This document shows, piece by piece, positions 17,631-26,672 of a stretch of DNA of 51,180 nt. The DNA is taken from the NCBI GenBank assembly GCA_965372715.1, contig CBDVDH010000023.1:1-51180 (forward strand), read 5' to 3'. The notes beneath the pieces were generated by a model that worked only from the letters and a program-made list of their open reading frames with translations, was not told where the DNA came from and did not search any database. Source of the DNA: an uncultured bacterium. Lineage in GTDB: Bacteria; B130-G9. Positions within the stretch are counted from its first letter, which is position 1. Each line of letters begins with the position of its first letter. The position numbers and the translations under genes are program-made.

Positions 17631-18545
17631 TCAGGTGAGGTTGCCGGCGTTTCTCAAGTCGCCCTTTGATTTGTCGAGATTCCTCGCTAACGAGAAATCG
17701 ATGCCGGAGCACTCAACGCTCCTGAAAGTGGCGGAAAGGCAATCGGCCCGGTCCAGGTTCGCGCCCGTAAGATTGACGTCCCTGAAGTATGAAGCCTTTA
17801 AGCTAGCGCCAGAGAGGTTGACGCGCGGCAGCTGGCAGGCACGGATCTTGGCCACCTCCAGATTAGCGTTGCTCAAATCCGCATCGGAGAGGTCAACATC
17901 CTTGAGATTGCCCGCGGAAAGCGTTGCGTCGTTCAGCTTCGCTTTCACCAGTTTGGTCGAGATGATCTTTGCCTGCCGGAGATTGGCTCCTACGAGGCAG
18001 GCCATCATCATCTCGCAACCGACGATCTCGGCGCCTCCAAGATCAGCCCCTTTCAAAAGTGAATGGTCAAACATCGCGTTTTCAATTCGGGAAAGAGAGA
18101 AATCTGTGCCAAGCGCCCGTACCCTCTCCATAGTAGAATCAATGAAGTCTGAAAGCGTCATGTCCGCACCGTCCAAGATTGCCTCGGCCAGGTCACAATT
18201 AACGAACTCGCAGTCCTCCGCCATGGCTTTGCGCAAATCTGCTCTTTGGAGATTACACGACTTGATGTGCGCGCGTGAAAGGTCGACCTTGCGGAGAATA
18301 GCGCCGGAGAAATCGGCCTTTTTGATGAACGCCTCCTGCATGTTTGCCCGGGAGAGGTTCGCACCCTGAAAATTGCAGTAAGAGAGGTCCGCGTTCCGGA
18401 GGCTAGAACCTTGGAGATTCGCGTTCGAAAAGTCCGTCCCCGAAAGATCACACTCGTCCAAATCAACCTGAAACAGGTCGGCGCTTTCGAAGCTCCTCCC
18501 GTCCTTGACGCCTCGCTCAACTTCCTCACGAGTAAATCTGCTCAT
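17631..18545 (-). CDS. Pentapeptide repeat protein
   Basis: Almost the whole 304 aa is A(D/N)(L/F)xx repeats. Confidence 0.95.
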   Translation of the reverse strand: MSRFTREEVERGVKDGRSFESADLFQVDLDECDLSGTDFSNANLQGSSLRNADLSYCNFQGANLSRANMQEAFIKKADFSGAILRKVDLSRAHIKSCNLQRADLRKAMAEDCEFVNCDLAEAILDGADMTLSDFIDSTMERVRALGTDFSLSRIENAMFDHSLLKGADLGGAEIVGCEMMMACLVGANLRQAKIISTKLVKAKLNDATLSAGNLKDVDLSDADLSNANLEVAKIRACQLPRVNLSGASLKASYFRDVNLTGANLDRADCLSATFRSVECSGIDFSLARNLDKSKGDLRNAGNLT

Positions 18546-18644
18546 GCCCCAAAACCTCTCATGACTCTCAATGTACGAATACTACTCATTAGAGCTCGGC
18601 GTTGACAAGAAGGGTGCGCCGCTGCGCTGAAAATGAGGCCAATC

Positions 18645-18893
18645 ACGGCGACCGGAACATGTTGATCAACGTAGATATTGCGTGGTCTGAGTACCAACAA
18701 CAACATGTGGGACGTTCTGAGGAGGCAACATCACAAACGTAGCGGATGACCTCCTGCCTCGGACATCAAACCTTCGGTGTCGGTTCCGTGCCACGCACAG
18801 ATACCGTCAACAGCGCGATGCTCATGCCGTGTCGGCTTTTCACCTCGCTATTGCGGCAAAGCATGGATTTCGGTGAACGCGACACCGAAGGCA
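18645..18893. other. Highly structured intergenic segment (candidate ncRNA or decayed palindromic repeats)
   Basis: ACATGTTG/CAACATGT (18657-64/18701-08); AGGAGG..CATC/GATG..CCTCCT stem (~18711-18767); perfect 12-bp CCTTCGGTGTCG/CGACACCGAAGG (18771-82/18880-91) enclosing ATGCT-TGCCG/CGGCA-AGCAT. Confidence 0.45.
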
Positions 18894-18921
18894 CTAGTAT
18901 CGCTGAACGAGAACGTTGCTA

Positions 18922-19167
18922 TTACTCACCACGAAGCGCCATACACGTCATCGTGTGGGTAACGCCCTTCGTCTTCTGAATCTCCTGCACCACGAAATCG
19001 GCGAAGCCTTCGGAGGTTTCCGCCTCAACCACGATCATCAGGTCATACATCCCGGCGACTAGGAAGATGGACGTAACCTCTGGACGCTTCTTCAGGTAGT
19101 TATAGACGTTGAGCGCCTCGCCTGTGGCGACGTTAACTGCCACAAAGCCCTTATGCTTATTCATCAA
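18922..19167 (-). CDS. Stand-alone Lrp/AsnC ligand-binding (RAM) domain protein
   Basis: GFVAVNV..G, V.GMYDLMIVVEA, V.EIQKTKGVTHTMT; no HTH; RBS AGGAGGTGA. Confidence 0.9.
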   Translation of the reverse strand: MMNKHKGFVAVNVATGEALNVYNYLKKRPEVTSIFLVAGMYDLMIVVEAETSEGFADFVVQEIQKTKGVTHTMTCMALRGE

Positions 19168-19244
19168 TCATCACCTCCTTTCAAACCTCTCTCTGGGCTG
19201 TTCTTTTAGCCCTCTCAAAAAAGAAGATTTTTAGGATGATTCGC

Positions 19245-19272
19245 ATTATACGATAGGGATAGCCAATGTCAA
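19245..19272 (-). promoter_or_regulatory. Consensus sigma70 promoter for the Lrp/AsnC gene
   Basis: Minus strand TTGACA, 16 nt, TATAAT. Confidence 0.7.
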
Positions 19273-19414
19273 CGCAATGTTTTTGTGAGGCGTTTGACCC
19301 TGGATTGAAGTTAATGTTGGGTCTTGGTCATGACGCCGGCAAAAGAAGCCACCCCTACACAATGCGTTCGCAATTGCGACGCAGCCCCGGCGCGAACGGC
19401 CCTCGATGGCAGAT

Positions 19415-19438
19415 GGGTGCGGCAAGCGGCACCCCTAC
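19415..19438 (-). repeat. Single REP
   Basis: GGGTGCGGCAAGCGGCACCCCTAC, identical to 21551-21574. Confidence 0.8.
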
Positions 19439-19442
19439 CCGT

Positions 19443-21467
19443 TCAGGGGAGGGTTACGTCGAGCGGTTTGGCGGGGTTGCCGGCTCTGTCAGATGCCTTA
19501 ATGAGAAGCCTGTGCCTGCCTCGCGGGCGACTCAGGTTGAACCTGCCCTTCAGGAGCTTGCGGTCGGGGTCGTATTCCGCGTCGATCTCGACCCCGTCAA
19601 TTGTGGCGACTACTGTTCTATAGTCGATGCCCGAGCCGGCGTCGGTGATTCTCGCGACGAGGCGATTGCCTGTTTTGCGGAGGCGAGCGCTGGATTTGGG
19701 CTCCAGCAGGCTGATCTGCGGAGGCGCCTTGTCAACTAGCAGCCCGAACGTCGAGAGATAGGGCACGCCGTATCCGACCGACCTCTCAGAGAACCGCTCG
19801 GCGCCGCGATACTTCCATCTCGATCTCTTCGCGTTGTATTCATAGACACCGCATCGGACGATGTCCTTCTCAGGCAAATCACTCGGGCAGTCAAACGACA
19901 CAATCACTTCCTTCTCAAGCGGGATGCCTTCCGGGAGCACTTTACGGACGAGGCCCGAAACGACCGGCACGCCGGGAATCTCCTTTGCCGGGACCTCAAC
20001 GACCTCGAATATCTGGTCGCCGTAGAGGGCATCGGGCGGGAACTCAACCCTCAATCCATTTGCCTGCAAAATCCCGCCGCCTTTGGGCATGATACAGACA
20101 CCGGTCTCGGTCGTCCTCCACGCAATGGCGTCATCCGCGCTGCGTGCAACCGACAGGCTTATCTGCCCTTGGAGGCGCCCATCGACCGGAAGGCACGCGG
20201 ACAGCCAATCCTCGCCTCGCTCGACTGGCGTGAGCGTCAGCTTCTGCCCGGACCCGCCTTTGGCGACGAGTTGCACGGTCTCGGCCCAACTTGGCGCCTC
20301 GTTTTCGGGCCTTTGCAGCCAGACCTCGGCGAAGTCGTCCCAGACCTGAACCAGCGGCGCCCGTTTGGCTTGATGTCGTTTCACAAGCCTGAGAGGCGGT
20401 TTGTCTTGCCCAGGCGGTTGAGGCGCGGATTGGACGTGGATTTCGGCGGTGGAGCAATTGCCCGCGTCGTCCCAGGCCTTGACGGTGAGTGTGTGCGGTC
20501 CTAACTGATTCGAGAAGCCGAGTATCCCTCGGTTATGGGATGAGAGCTCCCAGGGGTTTTGTGCGCCATATCTGTTGTGGAGGCTCAGAACATAGCTCGG
20601 CGGCGAGAAGTAGGCATACTGGTTGTCGAAGACAAGGCCGCCTCGGTGACTGCTCTTGCCGTATTCAAACTCATCGAAACGCATCGCATAGACGAGCTGG
20701 TTGTCTGCAAAGAGCTCCAGTTTGTGCACGGCGCAATGGTTGCCGGCGCTGACTGTGTCAAAGACGTTGGCCAGAACCACAAACTCTCCTGAGACCGCGG
20801 GTTTTCTTTTGCCGCGATAGCCCCGGCGTGACTTCGTGAGCCAGACGTCAACGTCGTCGTGTTGTCCGTCAACCAGCGAGTTAGGCCCCAGCGGGCGAAG
20901 GATGAGCCTCTTGATCACAGGCGCACTGCGGTCTTTCTGTTTGAAGATAGAGAGCGGATTTATTGGCTTGGTCTCGCCGCGGCGCAGCTCGAAATGCAGG
21001 TGAGGGAAACCATAGCCGGTCTCGCCGGAGTAGCCAATCGTTTGGCCCTTCTTGACGGGCACGGAGATGAAGATATCGCCGGGGTAGCGCTCGCCGGTTT
21101 CTTTTCTTTTTCTCGCAACCACGTCTTCGAGGCCCAGCCGGCGGTTCTCGAACCCATCTAGGTGCCCATAGACCGAGATCAGGCCATCGGGATGGCGGAT
21201 GTAGAGCGCCTTTCCGAACCCGCGATAGTTGACTGAAAGACGATAGATGACGCCGTCGCCTATCGCGCGGACCCTGAGGCCGGTAACTGTCGCAGTCCTG
21301 AGGTCAATCCCGGTGTGCAGCCTCGTCCTGCGATACTCGCCGAACGTCCCGCTGAGCCCAAATCTCCTCGTTAGCGGCCAGACGTATTCGCCCTTGGCCG
21401 AGGCGCGGGTGGGGAAGAGGGCGAACAAGAGCAGAGCTGTGAGAGCAAGATGTATAGTCGATCTCAA
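19443..21467 (-). CDS. Secreted M23 family metallopeptidase with C-terminal Ig-like extensions
   Basis: Signal peptide; FGEYR..RLHTGIDL, YGHL, GYSGETG...PHLHFE..PINP; start moved to TTG 21467 (RBS AAGGA) because the ORF-track extension is REPIN. Confidence 0.88.
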   Translation of the reverse strand: MRSTIHLALTALLLFALFPTRASAKGEYVWPLTRRFGLSGTFGEYRRTRLHTGIDLRTATVTGLRVRAIGDGVIYRLSVNYRGFGKALYIRHPDGLISVYGHLDGFENRRLGLEDVVARKRKETGERYPGDIFISVPVKKGQTIGYSGETGYGFPHLHFELRRGETKPINPLSIFKQKDRSAPVIKRLILRPLGPNSLVDGQHDDVDVWLTKSRRGYRGKRKPAVSGEFVVLANVFDTVSAGNHCAVHKLELFADNQLVYAMRFDEFEYGKSSHRGGLVFDNQYAYFSPPSYVLSLHNRYGAQNPWELSSHNRGILGFSNQLGPHTLTVKAWDDAGNCSTAEIHVQSAPQPPGQDKPPLRLVKRHQAKRAPLVQVWDDFAEVWLQRPENEAPSWAETVQLVAKGGSGQKLTLTPVERGEDWLSACLPVDGRLQGQISLSVARSADDAIAWRTTETGVCIMPKGGGILQANGLRVEFPPDALYGDQIFEVVEVPAKEIPGVPVVSGLVRKVLPEGIPLEKEVIVSFDCPSDLPEKDIVRCGVYEYNAKRSRWKYRGAERFSERSVGYGVPYLSTFGLLVDKAPPQISLLEPKSSARLRKTGNRLVARITDAGSGIDYRTVVATIDGVEIDAEYDPDRKLLKGRFNLSRPRGRHRLLIKASDRAGNPAKPLDVTLP

Positions 21468-21500
21468 TCCTGATGTTCCTTTGGATGTGCTAGAGGGTCT

Positions 21501-21664
21501 TGTAGGGGCGGTGCTTGCCCCGCCCTCTCTGATGTGACGGAATGTATGAAGGGTGCGGCAAGCGGCACCCCTACACACCGATTCCGATGAAGGGCGGGTC
21601 AGAGACCACGCCCCTACACAACCGCAATGGCTTATGACCCAGCCTCCAAGCCCCTGCCCCTACA
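21501..21664 (-). repeat. REPIN plus truncated MITE left end inserted after a REP loop
   Basis: REPIN 21502-21574 whose spacer matches 35428-35453; MITE-homologous segment 21589-21646 ending in TIR TTATGACCCAGCCTC, then CAAG and REP half CCCCTGCCCCTACA. Confidence 0.82.
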
Positions 21665-21680
21665 CAGCATCCAACCATGC

Positions 21681-24182
21681 TTATGGCGCCAACCTGACGA
21701 CACGGAAGCCGATCTCGGGCGACATTGTGCTCGGCTGGGCGTGTCCGCGATCCGCGGAGCGGCATGAATCGGCGGAATCGTCGAAGCTGCCGCCTCGAAT
21801 CACCCGGTAGTGGTCGCCGTCAGGGCCCGTTGGGTCGGCGTCTGGATCAGGCCTCTTTCCGTAGTAATCCTCCTGGAACCAATCCCAGCACCACTCCGCC
21901 ACGTTCCCATGTATGTCGTAAATGCCCCATGGATTCGCCTCCTTTTGCGAGACACTATACGTTTTGTCATCGGCATTGCCCTTATACCATCCGGCTCGCG
22001 AAAGAGCGGGCTCGCTGTCGCCAATGCTGAATCGCGTCTTTGTGCCCGCGCGACAGGCGTATTCCCACTCGGCCTCGGTCGGGAGACGATAGCCATTCGC
22101 CTCAGACAGGCAGACCGTCTGGTCGCCATCCATCTCGTAGCACGGGTATAGACCCTCCGCTTGCGAGCGAAGGTTGCAGTATTCGACGCACTGATACCAA
22201 GGGACGTTCTCGACGGGCCTCGTGGCCTTGACGAAGTTCGAGGGATTCGTGCCCATGATGGCCTCCCACTGCGATTGGGTCACCTCTGTCGTCTGCATCA
22301 GGAGCGGTCTTGCGATCGTAACAGTCCGCTGCGGCCCCTCGTTGTCGGACCGTCCCTGTTCCGACACCGGGCTGCCCATTAGGAACTCCCCGGCAGGGAT
22401 GTATGCAAAGCCGTTCGGCGGGTTCGCATACACGAAGTCGGTGAAATCCCATGCTACGAAGTTGTCATAGACCGGGTCCTTGAGCGCTAGGCCAAGCGTG
22501 TAAAGGCCCGGCTGGTTGACCAACGGCTCTGTCGATGGCAGCGGGACCTGAAGGATGTCGGTTGGGCCAAAGCTCCACTGGCCGGGCAAAAACTGGCCGG
22601 GCAACATCGGCGTCATATCATCTGTCCAGCCCGCGCCGGAATAGCACCACAGTGAAGAGGGCGTGAACAGGCCCAGATACACGCTCACGAGGGCGTCCTC
22701 GCCCATGTTGTTCGCGGATACTTCGATTACGACCGCGTCGCCGTTACGATACACGGTTTTGTCGCTTCTGATCCGAACGGTGATCCCTCCTGCCCCTTGG
22801 CCCGCGCTGTTAGGCGCAACCTCGAAGCTCTGCCCGAAACTGTAAATACTGTTGTCGCAGTCGAGCTGAATGGAGAACTCCACTTCCCGGCCCTCAACGA
22901 CGACGTCCAGCATCTCCCCGAATTGGCCGTAATCGAGGGGCTGTCCGTTGGTGCTGTAAACGTGGAACTTGCCGTCGCCAAGGTCGTTGATTCGCCAGTC
23001 CGCTTCGGGACAGATGCCGCCCGTTTCGAGTAGCTCGAGCCGCTTGACGGGCCCCGACGTGATGAACTTGAACTCGTGCACGTCGCGCGGCACGTACTCC
23101 GCCCTTAGCCTAACGCGACTCTCATTGAGCAACTCGTCCCAGGCGATCTGCCCAGGGTCATTGATGAGGCGCAAGTGACCAGTCCACATATCGCCCTCCA
23201 GCAGTCCTGCATCAAAGCTCGAACTGAACGCAGCCATCAGGTCGTTATACTCGCAGACCGCCCGCACGTCGTACCGGCCCTCGCTTCTGAGCGTTACGTA
23301 GGTTACCGTCCAGAAGCCACCCAGATTGTGCGAGAGACTCGCAAGGCCGGCCTCGAGCTCCGACACCTCGCTTGCGCAGAAATACTCCCCGCCAGATTCT
23401 TCGGCCAGGCGGTTCAGTGGGTCGTCGTAGATGTTCTCACCAAACCCAAAGGGGAAAAGGCGAACACCTCGCTGTTTTGCGGCATCGACGAGCTCACCGA
23501 CCTCCGCGGCGCTGCTCGTGTCCCGGCCATCAGTCAAGAACACAACACACCGGGATTCAGCGGGAAGCGAGTCCTCGTCAAACATAAAGAGTGCCTCAGA
23601 AAGCGTGTCCCAGATTTGCGAGGCGCCGCAGTATGGCGGTTCGTAGCCCTGAACCAGGGCTGCTAGTCCGCTTTTTCCCGTCGGTGTGAGATGTGTCCAG
23701 GGCTCCGCCAGGATTGTTCGGCCGCCCTCGTAGCCGCCGGGCCGGTCGAAATACGCCAGAATTGCCATTTGATGCGCCGATGTGAATCCCTCTGCGGTTA
23801 CGAGGTGGCCGGTGACGGCTGACCTCATCTCGTCGATGGCGCCGGCCGCATTCATGCTCCCCGTGAAGTCCAGCACGACGGCCATCCGAAGGGGCAGCCT
23901 CTCGCCGGGAGTTACGAAATAACTGGTCTCGAAGGGATCAATCGGCTCGCCATCCTCGTAGATCGTCCAGGTTACGAGCTCCGAGTCGAGCCAGTCGTTG
24001 ACAGTCCAGCCCTCGGACGAGACGGCGCGGAAGGCGTAGCGGACGACGTAAGGCGCCCGATGGTGAGCCTCGGCGTCCTTCAGATCAAATGAAATACCTT
24101 CGCAGATGGGCACTATGCCAAGAAAAAGCCAGATGCAGGCGCCCAGTGAGCAAATGATTCTCTTCATCCTCATATCCCTCAT
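21681..24182 (-). CDS. Secreted VWA domain + Ig-like domain + FGE-sulfatase (SUMF1) domain protein
   Basis: Signal peptide; MIDAS VLDFTGSM and FLTDGRD; C-terminal GEFLMGS, TEVTQ.QW, YRLPTEAEWEYACRAG, GNVAEWC, RGGS..GFRV. Confidence 0.88.
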   Translation of the reverse strand: MRDMRMKRIICSLGACIWLFLGIVPICEGISFDLKDAEAHHRAPYVVRYAFRAVSSEGWTVNDWLDSELVTWTIYEDGEPIDPFETSYFVTPGERLPLRMAVVLDFTGSMNAAGAIDEMRSAVTGHLVTAEGFTSAHQMAILAYFDRPGGYEGGRTILAEPWTHLTPTGKSGLAALVQGYEPPYCGASQIWDTLSEALFMFDEDSLPAESRCVVFLTDGRDTSSAAEVGELVDAAKQRGVRLFPFGFGENIYDDPLNRLAEESGGEYFCASEVSELEAGLASLSHNLGGFWTVTYVTLRSEGRYDVRAVCEYNDLMAAFSSSFDAGLLEGDMWTGHLRLINDPGQIAWDELLNESRVRLRAEYVPRDVHEFKFITSGPVKRLELLETGGICPEADWRINDLGDGKFHVYSTNGQPLDYGQFGEMLDVVVEGREVEFSIQLDCDNSIYSFGQSFEVAPNSAGQGAGGITVRIRSDKTVYRNGDAVVIEVSANNMGEDALVSVYLGLFTPSSLWCYSGAGWTDDMTPMLPGQFLPGQWSFGPTDILQVPLPSTEPLVNQPGLYTLGLALKDPVYDNFVAWDFTDFVYANPPNGFAYIPAGEFLMGSPVSEQGRSDNEGPQRTVTIARPLLMQTTEVTQSQWEAIMGTNPSNFVKATRPVENVPWYQCVEYCNLRSQAEGLYPCYEMDGDQTVCLSEANGYRLPTEAEWEYACRAGTKTRFSIGDSEPALSRAGWYKGNADDKTYSVSQKEANPWGIYDIHGNVAEWCWDWFQEDYYGKRPDPDADPTGPDGDHYRVIRGGSFDDSADSCRSADRGHAQPSTMSPEIGFRVVRLAP

Positions 24183-24398
24183 TCGTTAAGTACAAAGACA
24201 GAAGCAGCATTCTAAGAATAGGGCATATATGCGGTAAGGGCAAGCATTTACCACAATGTGTTGTATAGAAATCATAGAGCGGGTCATGCCGGGGCGCATT
24301 CCCTTTTGTAGGCGGAGTTAGGACACGGCCTTAGACCTAACAATCACGCGCATATTTTGGGTTGATGAGGGCTGTCTGTTGTGTTCTATAAATCGTAT

Positions 24399-24660
24399 TC
24401 TCTGAAGGGGAATAACGTGAATAGCCCCACGTTTCAACGTGGGGATTCGGTCGGCAGGCGCCGAAGAACCGACCCTGAAGGGGTCGCACAAACGGTTGAT
24501 GTGAGGTCAGATTTCAGGCCGCCCCCCATGCATCCTCTTCAGGAGCGAATTCTCTGGAGGGAGGATGAGGCTCTTGAGGTGCAGCCGTCACCCGAATGAA
24601 TTCGGGTGTTAGAATAATAAGAGCCATTCATATCACCGCGTTGAAACGCGGTGATTCAGA
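24399..24660. mobile_element. Non-autonomous IS200/IS605- or REPtron-like palindrome cassette
   Basis: CCCCACGTTTCAACGTGGGG (24425-44), GACCCTGAAGGGGTC (24471-85), CACCCGAATGAATTCGGGTG (24589-608), ATCACCGCGTTGAAACGCGGTGAT (24632-55); first and last hairpins are inverted relatives; no transposase. Confidence 0.6.
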
Positions 24661-24700
24661 GATATCTAACTCCATGAATATGCGTATAATTGTTAGGGCT

Positions 24701-25888
24701 TCAGACGACCACAATCTCCTCTGGCAAGGGGCTGATATTCTCGCAGCAGTCTTCGCCAACAATATAGGTGTTCTCCAGCCCAACACCCCCGAGCCTTTCG
24801 AGAAAGAACTTCGGCTCGACCGCGAAGACGTTCGACTCGCGGATTTCCTGGTCGAATCTCGGCGCGATAACAGGCAATTCATCAACCTCCAGGCCTATGC
24901 CGTGGCCGATGAACCTGACCTGCTCGCCCGGGACACCCATGAACGAATCGGCAAAGGGCGAAGCCTCGACAATCGCCAGCGCCTCGTCATAGACCTTGGA
25001 CGCGATGACGCCGCTTCTCAGCATCGATTCGACCATGCGGATGACCTCGATCGCTACGTTGTGAGCCTGTTTTAACGAGCCGTCGACGTCCCCGATCGAG
25101 AATACGCGGGTTACGTCCGCGTGATAGCCCTCGTAGCCGAAGATGAAGTCGATCATGATTGGCTCGCCCGGCTCGATTCTCTTGGTTCCTGCGCCGATGG
25201 GTATTGCCCGGCACACGCCTGGTGAGCCAACTGGGCCGTCGAAGAAAGTCGTCAGGCACGCATTCGCCCCTGAGACGACTGGATCGGTACAAGAATCTGC
25301 GATCCATCGCCGTATCCTGAACGCGCCCTGATGCCCTGCGAGCCGCGCGGCGCGCGCGACCTCCGCTGCAAGCTCAAGCTCCGCCATGCCCGGGCTGATC
25401 ATCGTCGGTATTCGCTCGAAGACCTCGCAGGCTATCTTGCCGGCGCTCCGGAGCATGTCCTTTTCGTATTCGGTCTTCTGCGAGCGGCACGCGAGAATGA
25501 GGCGCGATGCATCCACATATCCCGGCTTGGGCAGTGCTTTCTTGATCCGGTTCATCGTCGCAACTGGCAGGACGTCCGTCTCAACACCGACGGTTGAGCC
25601 GACGTCGATACCAGCGGCGCCTATTAACGCTGGCAGTTCCGAGAACCTCGAGAACTGAACGACTCTGCCGAATGTTACATCCGATTTGGCTCGCGAGAAG
25701 CACCTCCGGACGAATATCGCTGGCTCGCCCTCGGCGGGCACGCACAGGACAGCATCCTGGACCGTTCCCGATAGATAGAACATGTCGGCGCCCTGCAATA
25801 TCAGCGCCGCATCGATTGCATTCTCCTTCATCGCGTCCTGAAACCTGGCCATGTGTGTTTGAACTTCCTCGCGTGGGACCTTGTGCAT
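24701..25888 (-). CDS. Xaa-Pro peptidase family (M24)
   Basis: Creatinase-type N-domain; GYHADVTR, GHGIGLEVDE.P, AVEPK, GLENT; start ATG 25888 with RBS GAGGAG. Confidence 0.92.
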   Translation of the reverse strand: MHKVPREEVQTHMARFQDAMKENAIDAALILQGADMFYLSGTVQDAVLCVPAEGEPAIFVRRCFSRAKSDVTFGRVVQFSRFSELPALIGAAGIDVGSTVGVETDVLPVATMNRIKKALPKPGYVDASRLILACRSQKTEYEKDMLRSAGKIACEVFERIPTMISPGMAELELAAEVARAARLAGHQGAFRIRRWIADSCTDPVVSGANACLTTFFDGPVGSPGVCRAIPIGAGTKRIEPGEPIMIDFIFGYEGYHADVTRVFSIGDVDGSLKQAHNVAIEVIRMVESMLRSGVIASKVYDEALAIVEASPFADSFMGVPGEQVRFIGHGIGLEVDELPVIAPRFDQEIRESNVFAVEPKFFLERLGGVGLENTYIVGEDCCENISPLPEEIVVV

Positions 25889-26194
25889 GGAATCTCCTCG
25901 CAACGCTTAAACATGAATAATCAGCTTGGGTCCAGACTCTAAGCTTCAAAATCAAAAGCTCAAATCTCTCTACCTACGGGAGTCGTTTCCGGCAGTCTTG
26001 TGCTCTTAGATGGCCCCGGCGCCTTGTCCGTGCCCAAGACGTCCATGGAACACTCGGCGACTGCACCGTGGACCAGATAATGCCAGGAACTCGGCCGCCT
26101 CATCTGAGAGAGGAATTGACGCCGGTCGTTGTCTGGGCGGGGACTAACAGCTGTCCGCCGCGATCGGTTCGACAGTTGAGATGTGGGGGCCGGC

Positions 26195-26241
26195 TTGACA
26201 TTCGCTTTTTCATACCCGATTATTCTGACTGACGCGTCAGT
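26195..26241 (+). promoter_or_regulatory. Promoter with TetR-type palindromic operator
   Basis: TTGACA at 26195; perfect palindrome ACTGACGCGTCAGT at 26228-26241 just before the TetR remnant. Confidence 0.65.
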
Positions 26242-26272
26242 TGAATATAACAACTGTAATCACAGAGGAATT

Positions 26273-26672
26273 GTGGTCGAGCAGCTACACTGGGGCTGGC
26301 CAGAAGAGAATCTTGAAGCCCGCGAAAGTCAGATTCTGGCAACGGCCACGAAGTTGTTTTCGGACAGCGGCTATCGGGACGACGTCCAGAGGTCGGGAGC
26401 GCGGGGAGTTCCTGACCGATGCGGAGAACTCCTACTTCCGAGTGTTCTTAGAGAACGCATGGCGCCTCGAGGATATACTCCGCACCGGTATTGCTGGTGG
26501 TGGTGTTCGCGGGGCTGAAGTCAGGCAGACAACGGAGATTCTGGCAAACCTGCTCACTGGCAGGGTCTATATGCGCATCCTTGGCCGAAAGGAAAGCAGC
26601 ACGAGTGCTTATATTGATGCAATGACCGATTTTCTTTTAGACGGAATTCTTTGTGAGAGTAAAAAGCGATGA
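26273..26672 (+). pseudogene. TetR/AcrR regulator pseudogene (internal deletion and frameshift)
   Basis: One frame gives ARESQILATATKLFSDSGY (TetR helix 1), then the HTH is missing; another frame gives TetR C-terminus LEDILRTGIAGGGVR...DFLLDGI. Confidence 0.72.

Noticed and set aside
21468-21578. N-terminal extensions of the M23 gene (and of GT4 at 10198-10332)
   Set aside because: They are translations of REPIN or simple repeats; better downstream starts exist.
21681-22420. FGE-sulfatase C-terminus as a diversity-generating retroelement target
   Set aside because: No reverse transcriptase and no template-repeat copy of the 3' end seen in the window.
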